DNA of 64,000 nt from Algoriphagus sp. (GCF_013373065.1 NZ_JABXIN010000008.1:31166-95165), one strand, 5' to 3'; counted from the stretch's first letter, positions 36,101-46,010 are shown. The notes: generated by a model from the sequence alone, not told the origin. Translations and numbers: made by a program.

Positions 36101-36825
36101 ACATGCTTTATAAGCTGGAATCCAGTAAGAAAGTCCTGGCTTCCACGGAGAAAGAGTCCGCTTGGCGAGAAATGGCGAAGCAGGTAGCTCATGAGATCAA
36201 AAATCCGCTGACCCCGATGAAACTGACCTTGCAGCATCTACTGCGGTTGGAACAGGAGGGAAGACTGGACAATTCGACCAAACTTCGGGAGTCATTTGAA
36301 ACCTTAATTCACCAGGTAGATGCGTTAAGTGGGATTGCCTCTTCTTTTAGCACTTTTGCCAAAATGCCTCTTCCCAAAAACGAGCGAATGAATTTCAAGG
36401 CAGTACTATTGAAAGTCATTAAGTTGTTTATGAATGATGAGCGAGTTGAACTGACATTCAAGGATGATTCGTATACAGATGAGATTCCAATCAAAGGCGA
36501 TGATAAGCTATTTGGTCGCGTAATTTCTAATTTGATTATCAATGGAATTCAGGCTGTAGAACCGGGAAAAACTCCTAAAATTGATGTTTGGCTTTGGATG
36601 ACCGAGCAGGATGTCTTTTTGGAAATTACCGATAATGGAAAGGGAATTCCGCCTGAACTTCGAGATAAAATATTTATTCCAAACTTCAGTACGAAATCCA
36701 CTGGATCGGGATTGGGGTTAGCGATCGCTCGAAGTGGGGTAGAGACTGCAGGAGGCAAAATTTGGTTTGAGACTGAAATGGGTGTTGGTACGACCTTTTA
36801 TCTGACCTTTCCTCTTACAGATTAA
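33121..36825 (+). CDS. Very large polytopic sensor histidine kinase with NtrY-like transmitter
   Basis: 1234 aa from the ATG at 33121; the upstream in-frame extension runs through the terminator. It has many TM helices separating three soluble regions. H-box AHEIKNPLTPMKL, N-box NLIINGIQA, G-boxes DNGKGI and GSGLGLAI. Confidence 0.85.
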   Translation: MSSNIKRLIILISALSLLIVLIVNFFFFQKSEEEGFYQAVQDEIIQIDREFDEDFVQILMDVRPDEQLSFEQVSAPEKNHPFFILDIEEKLLYWTDFSFSFDLDQVDLSKEYQVVEDPYGTFLLKSRKLSRNGDSFYVVHAFRLYWPGSISNDYLLTGANRRLFGNDQIRISEPSGNAAFLVTNAAGIPLFGLDFEFGYQSAGRIANPAILIFFISVFLLYFILSSDFVLRKWRKGRRWQAIGYGALVFFAFRLVMLLLSFPGSYFNQKLFDPTNYASSWLNPSLGDLLVNTVFGVVVGGMLAYQFATPVVQKKIKVLDTDRDHQVFFGILFLISSIGFFNVWFLPQDLIENSQWSMDISAIPTFGWFEGISFLIVFLWAGVYVMFSLTLVSLLFELRSDRGFFTKYLLILGIPIAIILFLFSTWLGVSWLVHLGFLYAIIRLKLFEHVFRLGLNTFLTFFFASLVCAIIAGLSTFQTEGEQLNQSKTRFAKQNLIESDVMTEFFLGEVFGRIQSDLFIQNRLSDPLLSKEPIETKIRRIYLDNYFDQFEVNIRVFSANGQDLINTQDARSFNELRDQYIKSDYLTSQRGLYFIRGNQADQGNQFVTFIPVIRDGSNLGTVYLELTQLRVQPGSVYPRLLLDREFSDRLDPVSYDYAVFREGELLRNVGNFNYLSSTLLNRLDEGKLFRTGIHADGYYHLGIQNGDELVVISSPNQPFSYFLGNISLYFVVFIILTFSAILFNALLKGYKKWEFNYSTKLQLYLNFAFFFPIIIISIITIGLLANSYREDLDRQYFQKSYLIRGNLINFLGNRTLSEINSEALDEEVVGLANTVAADLHLYDSAGNLIATNRPNIFYKKILSERINPLALAAIVEKNQVQFLADEKVGELSYKSVYLAIPDVNGSGILGILSVPFFESESELNVLIADVLSNIFNAFVVIFILFLVVSYFVSKNLTFPFKLLTQKLKTTNLENNEPMHWEAKDEIGLLVNEYNNMLYKLESSKKVLASTEKESAWREMAKQVAHEIKNPLTPMKLTLQHLLRLEQEGRLDNSTKLRESFETLIHQVDALSGIASSFSTFAKMPLPKNERMNFKAVLLKVIKLFMNDERVELTFKDDSYTDEIPIKGDDKLFGRVISNLIINGIQAVEPGKTPKIDVWLWMTEQDVFLEITDNGKGIPPELRDKIFIPNFSTKSTGSGLGLAIARSGVETAGGKIWFETEMGVGTTFYLTFPLTD

Positions 36826-36863
36826 GGAGCATTTGTTACTTTGGATCCGATGCTTTGAAGGAT

Positions 36864-39800
36864 ATGAGGACCTGGGTATTTATTTTCTGTTTTTTTTTAG
36901 GCTCGATTTTTCAATTGAGTGCTCAGGAGAAATGCCAAAAATTCCCGATTGAATTACTCAGGTCCGGGGTAGTTTTAGATTCGCTTTCCGTGATCGAAGA
37001 AACGATTCGCTTTCCGGATTCTTTGGGGAATGGGTTGATTTTCTCTTTTGACTTAAATAGTAATCAGCTTCAAGTTCCTATTCCCTCCAATTTTTCAAGT
37101 GATAGCCTTACCGTTTGTTATCGTACTTTTTCCATTCGGTTTGACCGCCCAATTTCCAAGCGTACGTTATTGACCGATTATGATTCAACTGCACGGTTTT
37201 ATGATAATAGAGCCGTTCAGGTGGAAACATATGATTTTCGAGAGGAATTGTTTCCTTCTACAAACTTGTATAAATCCGGTAGTTTGACTCGTGGGATATC
37301 CGTAGGAAACACACAGAACGTTTTCGTGAATTCTGCATTGAATCTTCAACTGGAAGGAGAAATTGCCGAGGATCTTCGGATTCGTGCAAGTATTACTGAT
37401 CAGAACGTTCCCTTTCAGCCGGAAGGAAATACACAGCAGTTACAGGATTTTGATAATGTGCTGATCGAGTTATACAATGAAGATTTCAATCTGGCTGCAG
37501 GGGATGTGGTTTTACAGCAAAGGCAATCTGAATTTCTCCGGTATTATAAAAATGTTCAGGGACTTCAGCTTACAACACAATACCAAAAGGGAAATTGGAA
37601 GGCAATTACACAGGGATTTGCATCTGTTGCCAAAGGTAAATTCGCCTCGATTCTTGTTCCTGCTTTGGAAGGTGTTTTAGGTCCGTATCGGTTGACCGGC
37701 CCCAATAATGAAAGGTTTATTATCGTAATGGCTAACTCTGAACGGGTTTTTGTTGACGGGAAACAACTTCAGCGAGGCTTTAATGCGGATTATGTCATTG
37801 ATTATAATCAGGCAGAAATCACCTTTACTCCATCCGTTTTGATTACTCAATATTCACGAATTCGGGTCGATTTTGAATATGCAGAGCGTAATTTCTCCCG
37901 TTCCATTTTGGGAGCAAATCATTTCCAAACGAATGGAAAGGCAGAAATTTATTTGAACTATTACCGTGAAAAAGATAATCGAAACCGGCCCTTGTTCCAG
38001 GAGTTTTCACAGGAAGAATTGGCTTTATTAGCTCAAGTTGGAGATCAAGTGGAGGATGCAATGATTCCGAGAATAGATAGTGTAGCCTTTGATGTGAACA
38101 AGATTTTATATGAGAAGATTGTGGAGTTGGATGGAGCAGGGAATCCTTTGACCTTCTATCGATACAGCACCAACCCTGAGTTAGCTCACTTTGAATTATC
38201 TTTTTCGCTAGTAGGAAGTGGGCAAGGAGATTATCGAAGAGTTAATCAGTTAGCAAACGGGACCGTTTTTGAATATGTTCCCCGTGTAAATGGACAACCA
38301 CAAGGGGATTATTCCATATTATCGCAACTTCCAGCTCCCGATAGTCGAGGAATGCTGACAGCAGGAGCAAAAATTAATTTGAGTGAGAAAGAAAAAATCT
38401 ATTCTGAAGTTGCATGGTCTTCGAGAGATCAAAACCTTTTCTCTGAATTGGATGATTCGGATAACCAAGGGCTCGGTTGGAAGCTGGGGATTAATTCTGA
38501 AAATCGAACCCTTCAGTTTTTACCTGAATATTCTCTGAAAAGCCAAGTGGAGTTTGAATACAACTCCAAGAATTTCAACTTTATTGATCGCTTTCGATAC
38601 ATAGAATTTGATCGGAATTGGGGAATAGATCCTGCTCAACTAGCCCGTACCACTGCAGCTGAACGGTTTCTGAAATCCAATATTTCCTTACAGAAAGACG
38701 CTCGAAACAGATTTGATTATCAATTGTATCTGAGGAATAGGGAAGAGGTTTTAAACGGTCAACAGCATACTGCAAATTGGGACCTGGAGTTGGCTAAACG
38801 TTGGAGGGTGAAAAATGAGTTCTTCTTGCTGAAGAGTAACCAAGATACTGTTCGATCTGATTGGACAAGATATTTGGGTCAAATTGCTTATCAATCCAAG
38901 ATTTTTGTTCCAGGGTATCAATTTTCGTTGGATCAAAATGCAGTTCGAAATACGGAAAGCGATTCAGTAATTCGAACCGCTATGAATTTTCAGGAGCACA
39001 TGCTTTTTATTCAAAATCAGGACAGTCTGAATCTGAAATTCCGTGCTGATGCAGCTTGGCGAACGGATAAGGCTCCATTTGAAGGAGATTTGCTCAATGA
39101 TACAAAAGCTTTCACCGGTAATATGAGACTTCAAAAACAGTGGAAGAATCATAGTCTTCAATCGACCTTTACCTATCGTAACCTGCGCTACCTTCAGAGG
39201 GATTTGCCTGAGGAATTAACGGTCATGGGAAAGGTAGATTATTTTGGGACGCTGGGAAAAAACCTGATACGGAATGAATTAAGCTATGCTTTAGGTAATG
39301 GGCGAGAACTTCAGCGAGAGTATGTATTTTTGCCCGCACCCAATGGAGATGGGACCCACACTTGGCGTGATGATAATGAAGATGGTATTCAGCAGTTAAA
39401 CGAATTTTACCTCGCAATCAATCCAGAAGAAAAGCTCTACATCAAAGTTTTTGTACCTACCGATACCTACGTTCAGGCATACACCACTATTTTGAATTAC
39501 CGAATACAAGCAGGTTTTCCAAGGGAATGGCAGGAGTCTGGTGGCTTCAAAGGATTCATTTCGAAGTTTTCGAATACTTCCAGTTTGAGTGTCGAGAAAA
39601 AGGTAAGTTCCAATGATTTTTTGGATCGAATCAATCCTTTCATTGGGTCATTGGATCGGGAGGATATACTATCCCTTCGTCAAGTTTTGCGATCGAGTTT
39701 ATTTTTCAATCGGGCATCCGCCAAATATGGCCTCGATTTATCCTATTTTGATTCCCAATCCAAGCAGTTGCTTGCGGGTGGGTTTGAGGATCAAATCAAT

Positions 39801-40328
39801 CAGGAATGGAGACTTAATACTCGGTATAATATTGGTGGTACGATGACTTTACGTGCCATTGGAAATCGGGGACAAAAGCAGGCACAATCTGATTTTTTGG
39901 ATAATCGAAATTATACCGTTGAGCAGTTTATGGTGGGGCCTGAGTTAGCTTGGCAACCGAACCCTTCCTTTCGATTTACAACCAATTATTCCTTTACCCA
40001 AAAAAGGAATCTTGCAAATCTCGAAGGAAATGAGAGAGCCTATCTTCATCAATCAGGCTTGGATATTCGCTTCGCGAAAGCCATTCAAACAACATTGACT
40101 GGAAATTTGAAATGGATTGAAATTGATTACAATGGAATTGTGAATTCCCCGGTAGGCTATGAAATGCTACAGGCTCTGACTCCTGGTACAAACATCACTT
40201 GGTCCATCAACTGGCTGCAAAAAATTGGGAATGGCCTTCAATTGAACTTAGTATATGAAGGACGAAATTCACAAGGACTGGACCGTATCGTCCATGTTGG
40301 AAGGATGCAGGTCTCTGCGCTCTTTTGA
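36864..40328 (+). CDS. Large (~1150 aa) putative outer-membrane beta-barrel protein, function unknown
   Basis: Signal peptide MRTWVFIFCFFLGSIFQLSAQ. The sequence has a long alternating-strand character and ends in Phe (RMQVSALF). It starts 38 nt after the kinase stop with no terminator between. Confidence 0.65.
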   Translation: MRTWVFIFCFFLGSIFQLSAQEKCQKFPIELLRSGVVLDSLSVIEETIRFPDSLGNGLIFSFDLNSNQLQVPIPSNFSSDSLTVCYRTFSIRFDRPISKRTLLTDYDSTARFYDNRAVQVETYDFREELFPSTNLYKSGSLTRGISVGNTQNVFVNSALNLQLEGEIAEDLRIRASITDQNVPFQPEGNTQQLQDFDNVLIELYNEDFNLAAGDVVLQQRQSEFLRYYKNVQGLQLTTQYQKGNWKAITQGFASVAKGKFASILVPALEGVLGPYRLTGPNNERFIIVMANSERVFVDGKQLQRGFNADYVIDYNQAEITFTPSVLITQYSRIRVDFEYAERNFSRSILGANHFQTNGKAEIYLNYYREKDNRNRPLFQEFSQEELALLAQVGDQVEDAMIPRIDSVAFDVNKILYEKIVELDGAGNPLTFYRYSTNPELAHFELSFSLVGSGQGDYRRVNQLANGTVFEYVPRVNGQPQGDYSILSQLPAPDSRGMLTAGAKINLSEKEKIYSEVAWSSRDQNLFSELDDSDNQGLGWKLGINSENRTLQFLPEYSLKSQVEFEYNSKNFNFIDRFRYIEFDRNWGIDPAQLARTTAAERFLKSNISLQKDARNRFDYQLYLRNREEVLNGQQHTANWDLELAKRWRVKNEFFLLKSNQDTVRSDWTRYLGQIAYQSKIFVPGYQFSLDQNAVRNTESDSVIRTAMNFQEHMLFIQNQDSLNLKFRADAAWRTDKAPFEGDLLNDTKAFTGNMRLQKQWKNHSLQSTFTYRNLRYLQRDLPEELTVMGKVDYFGTLGKNLIRNELSYALGNGRELQREYVFLPAPNGDGTHTWRDDNEDGIQQLNEFYLAINPEEKLYIKVFVPTDTYVQAYTTILNYRIQAGFPREWQESGGFKGFISKFSNTSSLSVEKKVSSNDFLDRINPFIGSLDREDILSLRQVLRSSLFFNRASAKYGLDLSYFDSQSKQLLAGGFEDQINQEWRLNTRYNIGGTMTLRAIGNRGQKQAQSDFLDNRNYTVEQFMVGPELAWQPNPSFRFTTNYSFTQKRNLANLEGNERAYLHQSGLDIRFAKAIQTTLTGNLKWIEIDYNGIVNSPVGYEMLQALTPGTNITWSINWLQKIGNGLQLNLVYEGRNSQGLDRIVHVGRMQVSALF

Positions 40329-40394
40329 TAAAAAAAATATAACTTTGTTTCTTATAGATAGTTGTCATACTAACTATTGAATCACGAACAAACT

Positions 40395-41099
40395 ATGCGA
40401 AAAAGCATCCTGATCACAGGAGGTACAAAAGGAATCGGAAGAGCAATTTGTTTCCGATTTGCAGAGGAAGGATTTGACATCGCTACCTGTGCTCGGCATC
40501 AGGCGGATTTGGATAATCTCAAATCGGAATTAGAAAGTAAATTCCAAGGTATTCGAGTATTGACGGAGGTAGCTGACCTTTCAAAAAAAGAAGAGGTCCA
40601 GGAATTTGCTTTAAAAGTAAAGTCATTTGATCCCATTGACGTATTGGTGAATAATACTGGTGTATTCTTGCCAGGGGCTATTCATGATGAACCTGATGGG
40701 AATTTTGAGTTAATGATGCAAACCAACCTCTATTCGGCATATTATCTTGTTCGTGCTATTCTTCCAGAAATGATGAAACGTAAATCAGGGCATGTCTTTA
40801 GCATGGGATCTATCGCAGGAACCACAGCTTATCCTAATGGAGGGAGCTATGCGATTTCCAAATGGGCCATGTTAGGAATGACGAAATGCTTACGGGAAGA
40901 AATGAAGCCTTATGGAATTAAAGTGACTTCCGTTTTGCCGGGAGCTACCTACACCGCAAGTTGGGAAGGAGTAGATCTTCCTATCGAGCGATTTATGAAA
41001 GCTGAAGACGTTGCGGATTCGGTATGGGCAGCTTATAACCTGTCCCCATCCTCAGTTGTTGAAGAAATAACCATTAGACCCCAACTTGGAGATATTTGA
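40395..41099 (+). CDS. Short-chain dehydrogenase/reductase (SDR) family oxidoreductase
   Basis: TGGTKGIGRAI dinucleotide motif, NNTG, and catalytic S..YAISK. Confidence 0.85.
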   Translation: MRKSILITGGTKGIGRAICFRFAEEGFDIATCARHQADLDNLKSELESKFQGIRVLTEVADLSKKEEVQEFALKVKSFDPIDVLVNNTGVFLPGAIHDEPDGNFELMMQTNLYSAYYLVRAILPEMMKRKSGHVFSMGSIAGTTAYPNGGSYAISKWAMLGMTKCLREEMKPYGIKVTSVLPGATYTASWEGVDLPIERFMKAEDVADSVWAAYNLSPSSVVEEITIRPQLGDI

Positions 41100-41103
41100 T
41101 CAT

Positions 41104-43086
41104 ATGGAGCCATTGATTCAATCCCCAGAAATCAACTATTGCAATAGCTTAACGCAATATAGTCGTCGGAAAACGATCCCTGTCCGAGTAGGAGATGTCA
41201 CCATCGGAGGGGATAATCCCATTGTTGTTCAATCCATGACTACCGTTGACACCATGGATACCCAAGGCTCAGTGGAGCAATGTATCCGAATGATCGAAAG
41301 TGGTTGTCAACTTATTCGGATTACGGCACCCAGTATCAAAGAGGCTGAAAATCTTCAAAATATAAAAAATGAGCTCCGCAAAAGAGGTTATCAAACTCCT
41401 CTGGTAGCGGATATTCACTTCACACCAAATGCTGCGGAAATTGCTGCCCGAATCGTTGAAAAGGTGCGGATCAATCCTGGTAATTACGCAGACAAAAAGA
41501 AATTTGAGGTAATCGAGTATACAGATGCCAGTTATCAAGAGGAATTGGAGCGGATTCGTGAACGTTTTCTTCCTCTGGTGAAAATCTGTAAAGAGCATGG
41601 AACCGCGATGCGAATAGGTACCAATCACGGATCCCTTTCAGATCGGATCATGAGCCGATATGGAGATACACCGCTTGGAATGGTGGAGTCAGCTTTGGAA
41701 TTTCTGAGGATTTGTGAGGAAGAGAATTATCATGACATCGTGATCTCCATGAAGTCTTCCAATACCCAAGTAATGGTTCAAGCCTACCGATTACTTGTCC
41801 AAAAATTGAATGAAGGAGGCTTCAAACCGTATCCTTTGCATTTAGGGGTGACGGAAGCAGGAGAAGCAGAAGATGGCCGGATCAAATCGGCCGTTGGAAT
41901 CGGAACTTTATTAGAAGACGGCCTGGGGGATACCGTGCGGGTTTCCTTGACTGAGGACCCCGAATTTGAAGCTCCGGTCGCCAAGGCTTTGATCGATCGC
42001 TATACCCATCGGGAAAATCATCAGCCCATTTCAGCAATTACTGATTATCCCATTAATCCATTTGAACATACAAAAAGGGAGAGCAAGGAGGTCTATAATT
42101 TTGGTGGGCAGAATGTTCCCCGTGTGATTACAGATATTTCTCGAGTGGAGAATATTTCTGAAAAGGAAATGAAGGCTGTGGGCCATTTTTACCTTCCGGA
42201 ATTGGATAAATGGAAAATGAATGACCTGGGATGTGATTTTGTCTACTCTGGAAAAAATCCCATTCCTTTTATGCTGCCAAATGGCATGCGGGAGATTCAG
42301 GATGTTGAGGTTTGGAAAAATACCAAAGATCAAACCAATAAGTACCCATTATTTTCCTTGATAGAATTTCATTCAGCCAGTTCTTTTCACAGTGAACTTA
42401 ACTTCCTTCAAGTTTTAGATACTGAAATTGAAGCTGCTTCTAAGCTTGTAAAGGATCGTACCGATGTAGTTTTAATTTTAAATACTACAAATGCCCATGG
42501 AATGCCGGCTTTGAGGAGGGCTTTTGTAAGCTTGATTCAGGAAAATAATTCGATCCCAGTTGTGGTGAAGGTGAGTTACCCTGATCAATCTTCAGATCAG
42601 ACGATGCTTTATGCTGCTACGGATGTAGGAGGCCTGCTTGTCGATGGACTTGGAGATGGGATTATGATTTCTTTGGAAAAAGAAGGGGGGCATACTCGAG
42701 AGGAGGTCTTAGATCAAATCAAATTACACAATAATGTATCATTTGGTGTCTTGCAAGCCGCTCGTACCCGCATGTCCAAAACCGAATATATTTCTTGTCC
42801 ATCCTGTGGAAGAACCTTATTTGATTTGCAAGAAACCACAGCTATGATTCGAAAGCGAACGGATCATTTGAAGGGAGTCAAAATTGGGATCATGGGCTGT
42901 ATTGTAAATGGTCCTGGTGAAATGGCGGATGCGGATTATGGATATGTGGGATCCGGAAAAGGAAAAATTACCCTCTACAAAGGAAAAGAAGTCATTAAAC
43001 GTTCTGTGCCTTCAGAAAAGGCGGTAGATGAATTGATCGAGATCATCCGGGCAGATGGGATGTGGACAGAGCCGGAAATCATATAA
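41104..43086 (+). CDS. ispG: 4-hydroxy-3-methylbut-2-en-1-yl diphosphate synthase (long form with inserted domain)
   Basis: TIM-barrel N-terminus (VQSMT, HFTPNAA, RINPGN). C-terminal 4Fe-4S ligands in CPSCGRT and GCIVNGPGE. Confidence 0.9.
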   Translation: MEPLIQSPEINYCNSLTQYSRRKTIPVRVGDVTIGGDNPIVVQSMTTVDTMDTQGSVEQCIRMIESGCQLIRITAPSIKEAENLQNIKNELRKRGYQTPLVADIHFTPNAAEIAARIVEKVRINPGNYADKKKFEVIEYTDASYQEELERIRERFLPLVKICKEHGTAMRIGTNHGSLSDRIMSRYGDTPLGMVESALEFLRICEEENYHDIVISMKSSNTQVMVQAYRLLVQKLNEGGFKPYPLHLGVTEAGEAEDGRIKSAVGIGTLLEDGLGDTVRVSLTEDPEFEAPVAKALIDRYTHRENHQPISAITDYPINPFEHTKRESKEVYNFGGQNVPRVITDISRVENISEKEMKAVGHFYLPELDKWKMNDLGCDFVYSGKNPIPFMLPNGMREIQDVEVWKNTKDQTNKYPLFSLIEFHSASSFHSELNFLQVLDTEIEAASKLVKDRTDVVLILNTTNAHGMPALRRAFVSLIQENNSIPVVVKVSYPDQSSDQTMLYAATDVGGLLVDGLGDGIMISLEKEGGHTREEVLDQIKLHNNVSFGVLQAARTRMSKTEYISCPSCGRTLFDLQETTAMIRKRTDHLKGVKIGIMGCIVNGPGEMADADYGYVGSGKGKITLYKGKEVIKRSVPSEKAVDELIEIIRADGMWTEPEII

Positions 43087-43153
43087 GGTAGATTTTCAAG
43101 AAAAATAAACTTATCTATCAACTTAGCTGTTGGTGGAGAAAAGCGAGAAAAAA

Positions 43154-43348
43154 ATGGCGGAGAAAAATAAAGTCAAGGAGTTTTTCAAATTGGGGGAAGT
43201 AGGCAACTATTTCATCCGAGTATTTCAAAAACCAGATCCCAATAAGAAAACAAACTTCAATCTTCGGATGATGCATGGGATCAATAAGATCTCGATCATT
43301 ATGTTTCTATTTGCGATCATTGTTTGGACTATCAAGCGATTGATGTAA
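43154..43348 (+). CDS. Small membrane protein, function unknown
   Basis: 64 aa from the ATG at 43154, with a single C-terminal TM helix (ISIIMFLFAIIVWTI). A terminator follows. Confidence 0.45.
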   Translation: MAEKNKVKEFFKLGEVGNYFIRVFQKPDPNKKTNFNLRMMHGINKISIIMFLFAIIVWTIKRLM

Positions 43349-43370
43349 GACAAAAAAAAAAGGATTTGAA

Positions 43371-43400
43371 GGGCTATCGAAAAAAACGATAGCCTTTTTT
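43371..43400 (+). terminator. Intrinsic terminator
   Basis: ggctatcg (43371-43378) pairs with cgatagcc (43387-43394), followed by T6. Confidence 0.8.
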
Positions 43401-43447
43401 GTTGAAATGAAGTATTTTGATGATTCAACCAAACCCTTCACCCCATT

Positions 43448-44197
43448 ATGAAAACTTTATTTGGTAGTATATTTCTGTTGTTCTTCTCCTTTACCCTTTG
43501 GGCGCAACAGCAGCCTTTGAAGAATTCAAATTACTATGAGCTCCGGATTTACACAGCCCATCCCGGTAAATTACAAGACTTGGTCAGTCGGTTTGAAAAT
43601 CATACAAGGTTTCTTTTTGAAAAAGCCGGAATGGAAAATATCGCCTATTTTCTTCCAACTGATCCCAATGAAAATAAATTGTACTACATCCTAGGCTATC
43701 CTGATGTTCCTTCTCGGGATCAAATGTGGCAGAAGTTTTTGAACGATCCTGATTGGAAAAAGGCTTATGAAGAATCGAGAAAAAATGGTCCTTTGGTTCA
43801 ATCTATTCAGGAAATATATATGGTTCCTGCTCCGGGATTAAATGAAAAAGCCATTTCGGGTACTTCTGGAATTTTTCAATTGCGAACATATACCTGTTTT
43901 GATAATAAGTTGCCTGACCTTGAAAAGCGATTCAGAGATCATACACAAGATTTGTTTGCCAAGCAGGGCTTGATCAATTATCCATACTTCCAAACTGTCG
44001 AAAAAGATGGAAGTCAACCCAAATTGGTTTACTTGCTAGGTCATGCAGATCGTGCCCAATTCGATCAAGCTTTTGAAAACTTCCGAAATGACCCTGAATG
44101 GATAAAGGCCAGAGATGAGTCTGAGGCCAATGGAAAAATCGTAGAAAAAGTAGATGCAGTGTTTCTAAAGACTTTGCCTTTCTCTCCGATAAAGTAA
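43448..44197 (+). CDS. Secreted tandem NIPSNAP-domain protein
   Basis: 249 aa with a signal peptide. There are two repeats of the YELRIYT/FQLRTYT ... F..H ... NDP.W pattern typical of NIPSNAP. Confidence 0.7.
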   Translation: MKTLFGSIFLLFFSFTLWAQQQPLKNSNYYELRIYTAHPGKLQDLVSRFENHTRFLFEKAGMENIAYFLPTDPNENKLYYILGYPDVPSRDQMWQKFLNDPDWKKAYEESRKNGPLVQSIQEIYMVPAPGLNEKAISGTSGIFQLRTYTCFDNKLPDLEKRFRDHTQDLFAKQGLINYPYFQTVEKDGSQPKLVYLLGHADRAQFDQAFENFRNDPEWIKARDESEANGKIVEKVDAVFLKTLPFSPIK

Positions 44198-44216
44198 AGA
44201 ATGTAAGAGGTTAGAG

Positions 44217-44262
44217 GTAAGTAGTAAGTTGTTTTGATATCAACTTACTACTTACAAATTTT
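44217..44262. terminator. Bidirectional terminator (perfect 15-bp inverted repeat) between convergent genes
   Basis: gtaagtagtaagttg (44217-44231) pairs with caacttactacttac (44241-44255), followed by aaattttt. Confidence 0.75.
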
Positions 44263-44286
44263 TCTGTTTACAACTTACGTAAAGAG

Positions 44287-45918
44287 CTATTTCTCAACCT
44301 CTTTCAAATTCTCAATCTTTTTGTTTCTTAGGAATCCGTTGATATCCTCAAAGTGTTCTTTTACTCGTTTGTTGCCAAATTCAAAAACCTTGGTCACCAA
44401 ACCATCTAAAAAGTCCCTGTCGTGAGAAACCACGATCAATGTGCCGTCAAAAGCTTTCAAGGCATCCTTGATGATATCTTTGGTTTTCATGTCCAGATGG
44501 TTGGTCGGCTCATCTAAAATCAGGAGGTTTACTGGTTCCAATAATAATTTGATCATTGCCAAACGGGTTTTTTCACCTCCCGAAAGAACTTTCACTTTTT
44601 TGTTGATATCGTCACCTTTAAACATAAAGGCTCCCAAGATATCCTTGATCTTAGTTCGGATTTCACCCACTGCGATATGGTCAATGGTTTCAAAAATTGT
44701 CAAACCTTCATCCAAAAGCGAAGCTTGATTTTGGGCGAAATAGCCGACCATGGCATTGTGTCCCAATTCACACTTTCCTTCAAAGTCGATCTCTCCCATG
44801 ATGGCTTTGATCATGGTGGATTTACCTTCTCCGTTTTTACCGACAAAAGCTACCTTTTGTCCTCGCTCTAGCCGCAAACTAGCGTTTCTGAAGACTACGT
44901 GATCGCCATAGTTTTTGCTCATATCTTCTACCACCACAGGATAGTTTCCTGAGCGTGGAGAGGGTGGGAACCGAAGTTTAAGGGCTGAAGTGTCCACTTC
45001 ATCCACTTCAATGATTTCCAACTTTTCCAGCATTTTTACTCTAGACTGCACCTGGAGCGTTTTGGAATAGGTTCCTTTAAATCGCTCAATAAATTCAGTA
45101 GTCTCTGCAATGAATTTTTGCTGTTCTTCGTACTGTTTTTGTTGCTGCTCTCTACGTTCCTTTCGAAGCTCGAGGTAGTGAGAATATTTCGCCTTGTAGT
45201 CGTAAATCCTTCCCATAGTCACCTCGATAGTTCGGGTGGTGATATTGTCAACAAAAGCGCGGTCGTGGGAAATTACCACAACAGCTTTGGCCTTATTCAT
45301 GAGGAATTCCTCAAGCCATTGGATAGACTCGATATCCAAGTGGTTGGTAGGTTCATCCAATAAGATCAAATCAGGCTCTTTCAGAAGAATCTTAGCCAGT
45401 TCAATTCGCATTCTCCAGCCACCGGAAAATTCTGAAGTCGGTCGATTAAGGTCTTCCCTGGTGAAACCAAGTCCCAACAATACCTTTTCTACTTCTGCCT
45501 CATAGTTGACTTCTTCAATCGCATAGAATTTTTCACTCAGTTCGGAAACTTTTTCAATGAGTTTGAAATATTCTTCAGACTCGTAATCTGTCCGCCTAGT
45601 CAACTCTTCATTGATTTGATCTATTTCGGACTTCATGTTGAGGTAGTCTGCAAATGCTTTTGAAGTTTCCTCTGCAACCGTGCACTCGTCCGAAATAAGG
45701 AGATGCTGAGGAAGGTAAGCAACGACAAAGTCCTTTGGGTAAGAGACTGAACCGGAACTGGGCTTATTTACTCCAGCTATGATTTTCAGTAAAGTGGATT
45801 TTCCAGCGCCATTTTTACCCATGAGGGCGATTTTATCAGTTGGATTGATGGCAAAGGAAACATTGCTGAAAAGGGTATTGCCGCTGTGAATGACGGCTAC
45901 ATTATCGACAGAAAGCAT
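44287..45918 (-). CDS. ABC-F family ATPase (translation-associated, no TM domain)
   Basis: 543 aa. Two ABC cassettes (GKNGAGKST, GKNGEGKST; LSGGWRMR, LSGGEKTR) joined by a charged linker. Confidence 0.9.
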   Translation of the reverse strand: MLSVDNVAVIHSGNTLFSNVSFAINPTDKIALMGKNGAGKSTLLKIIAGVNKPSSGSVSYPKDFVVAYLPQHLLISDECTVAEETSKAFADYLNMKSEIDQINEELTRRTDYESEEYFKLIEKVSELSEKFYAIEEVNYEAEVEKVLLGLGFTREDLNRPTSEFSGGWRMRIELAKILLKEPDLILLDEPTNHLDIESIQWLEEFLMNKAKAVVVISHDRAFVDNITTRTIEVTMGRIYDYKAKYSHYLELRKERREQQQKQYEEQQKFIAETTEFIERFKGTYSKTLQVQSRVKMLEKLEIIEVDEVDTSALKLRFPPSPRSGNYPVVVEDMSKNYGDHVVFRNASLRLERGQKVAFVGKNGEGKSTMIKAIMGEIDFEGKCELGHNAMVGYFAQNQASLLDEGLTIFETIDHIAVGEIRTKIKDILGAFMFKGDDINKKVKVLSGGEKTRLAMIKLLLEPVNLLILDEPTNHLDMKTKDIIKDALKAFDGTLIVVSHDRDFLDGLVTKVFEFGNKRVKEHFEDINGFLRNKKIENLKEVEK

Positions 45919-45977
45919 GATCTAAATTTTCGAAGCACAAAGGTAGATGGATCTCTTTGATTAAGTGCATGGGGTAA

Positions 45978-46010
45978 TAAAAAACCGCTTCGAAATCAAT
46001 CGAAGCGGTT
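45978..46010 (-). terminator. sucD intrinsic terminator
   Basis: aaccgcttcg (45983-45992) pairs with cgaagcggtt (46001-46010). There is a U-tract on the minus strand (plus-strand A-run 45978-45984). Confidence 0.8.
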
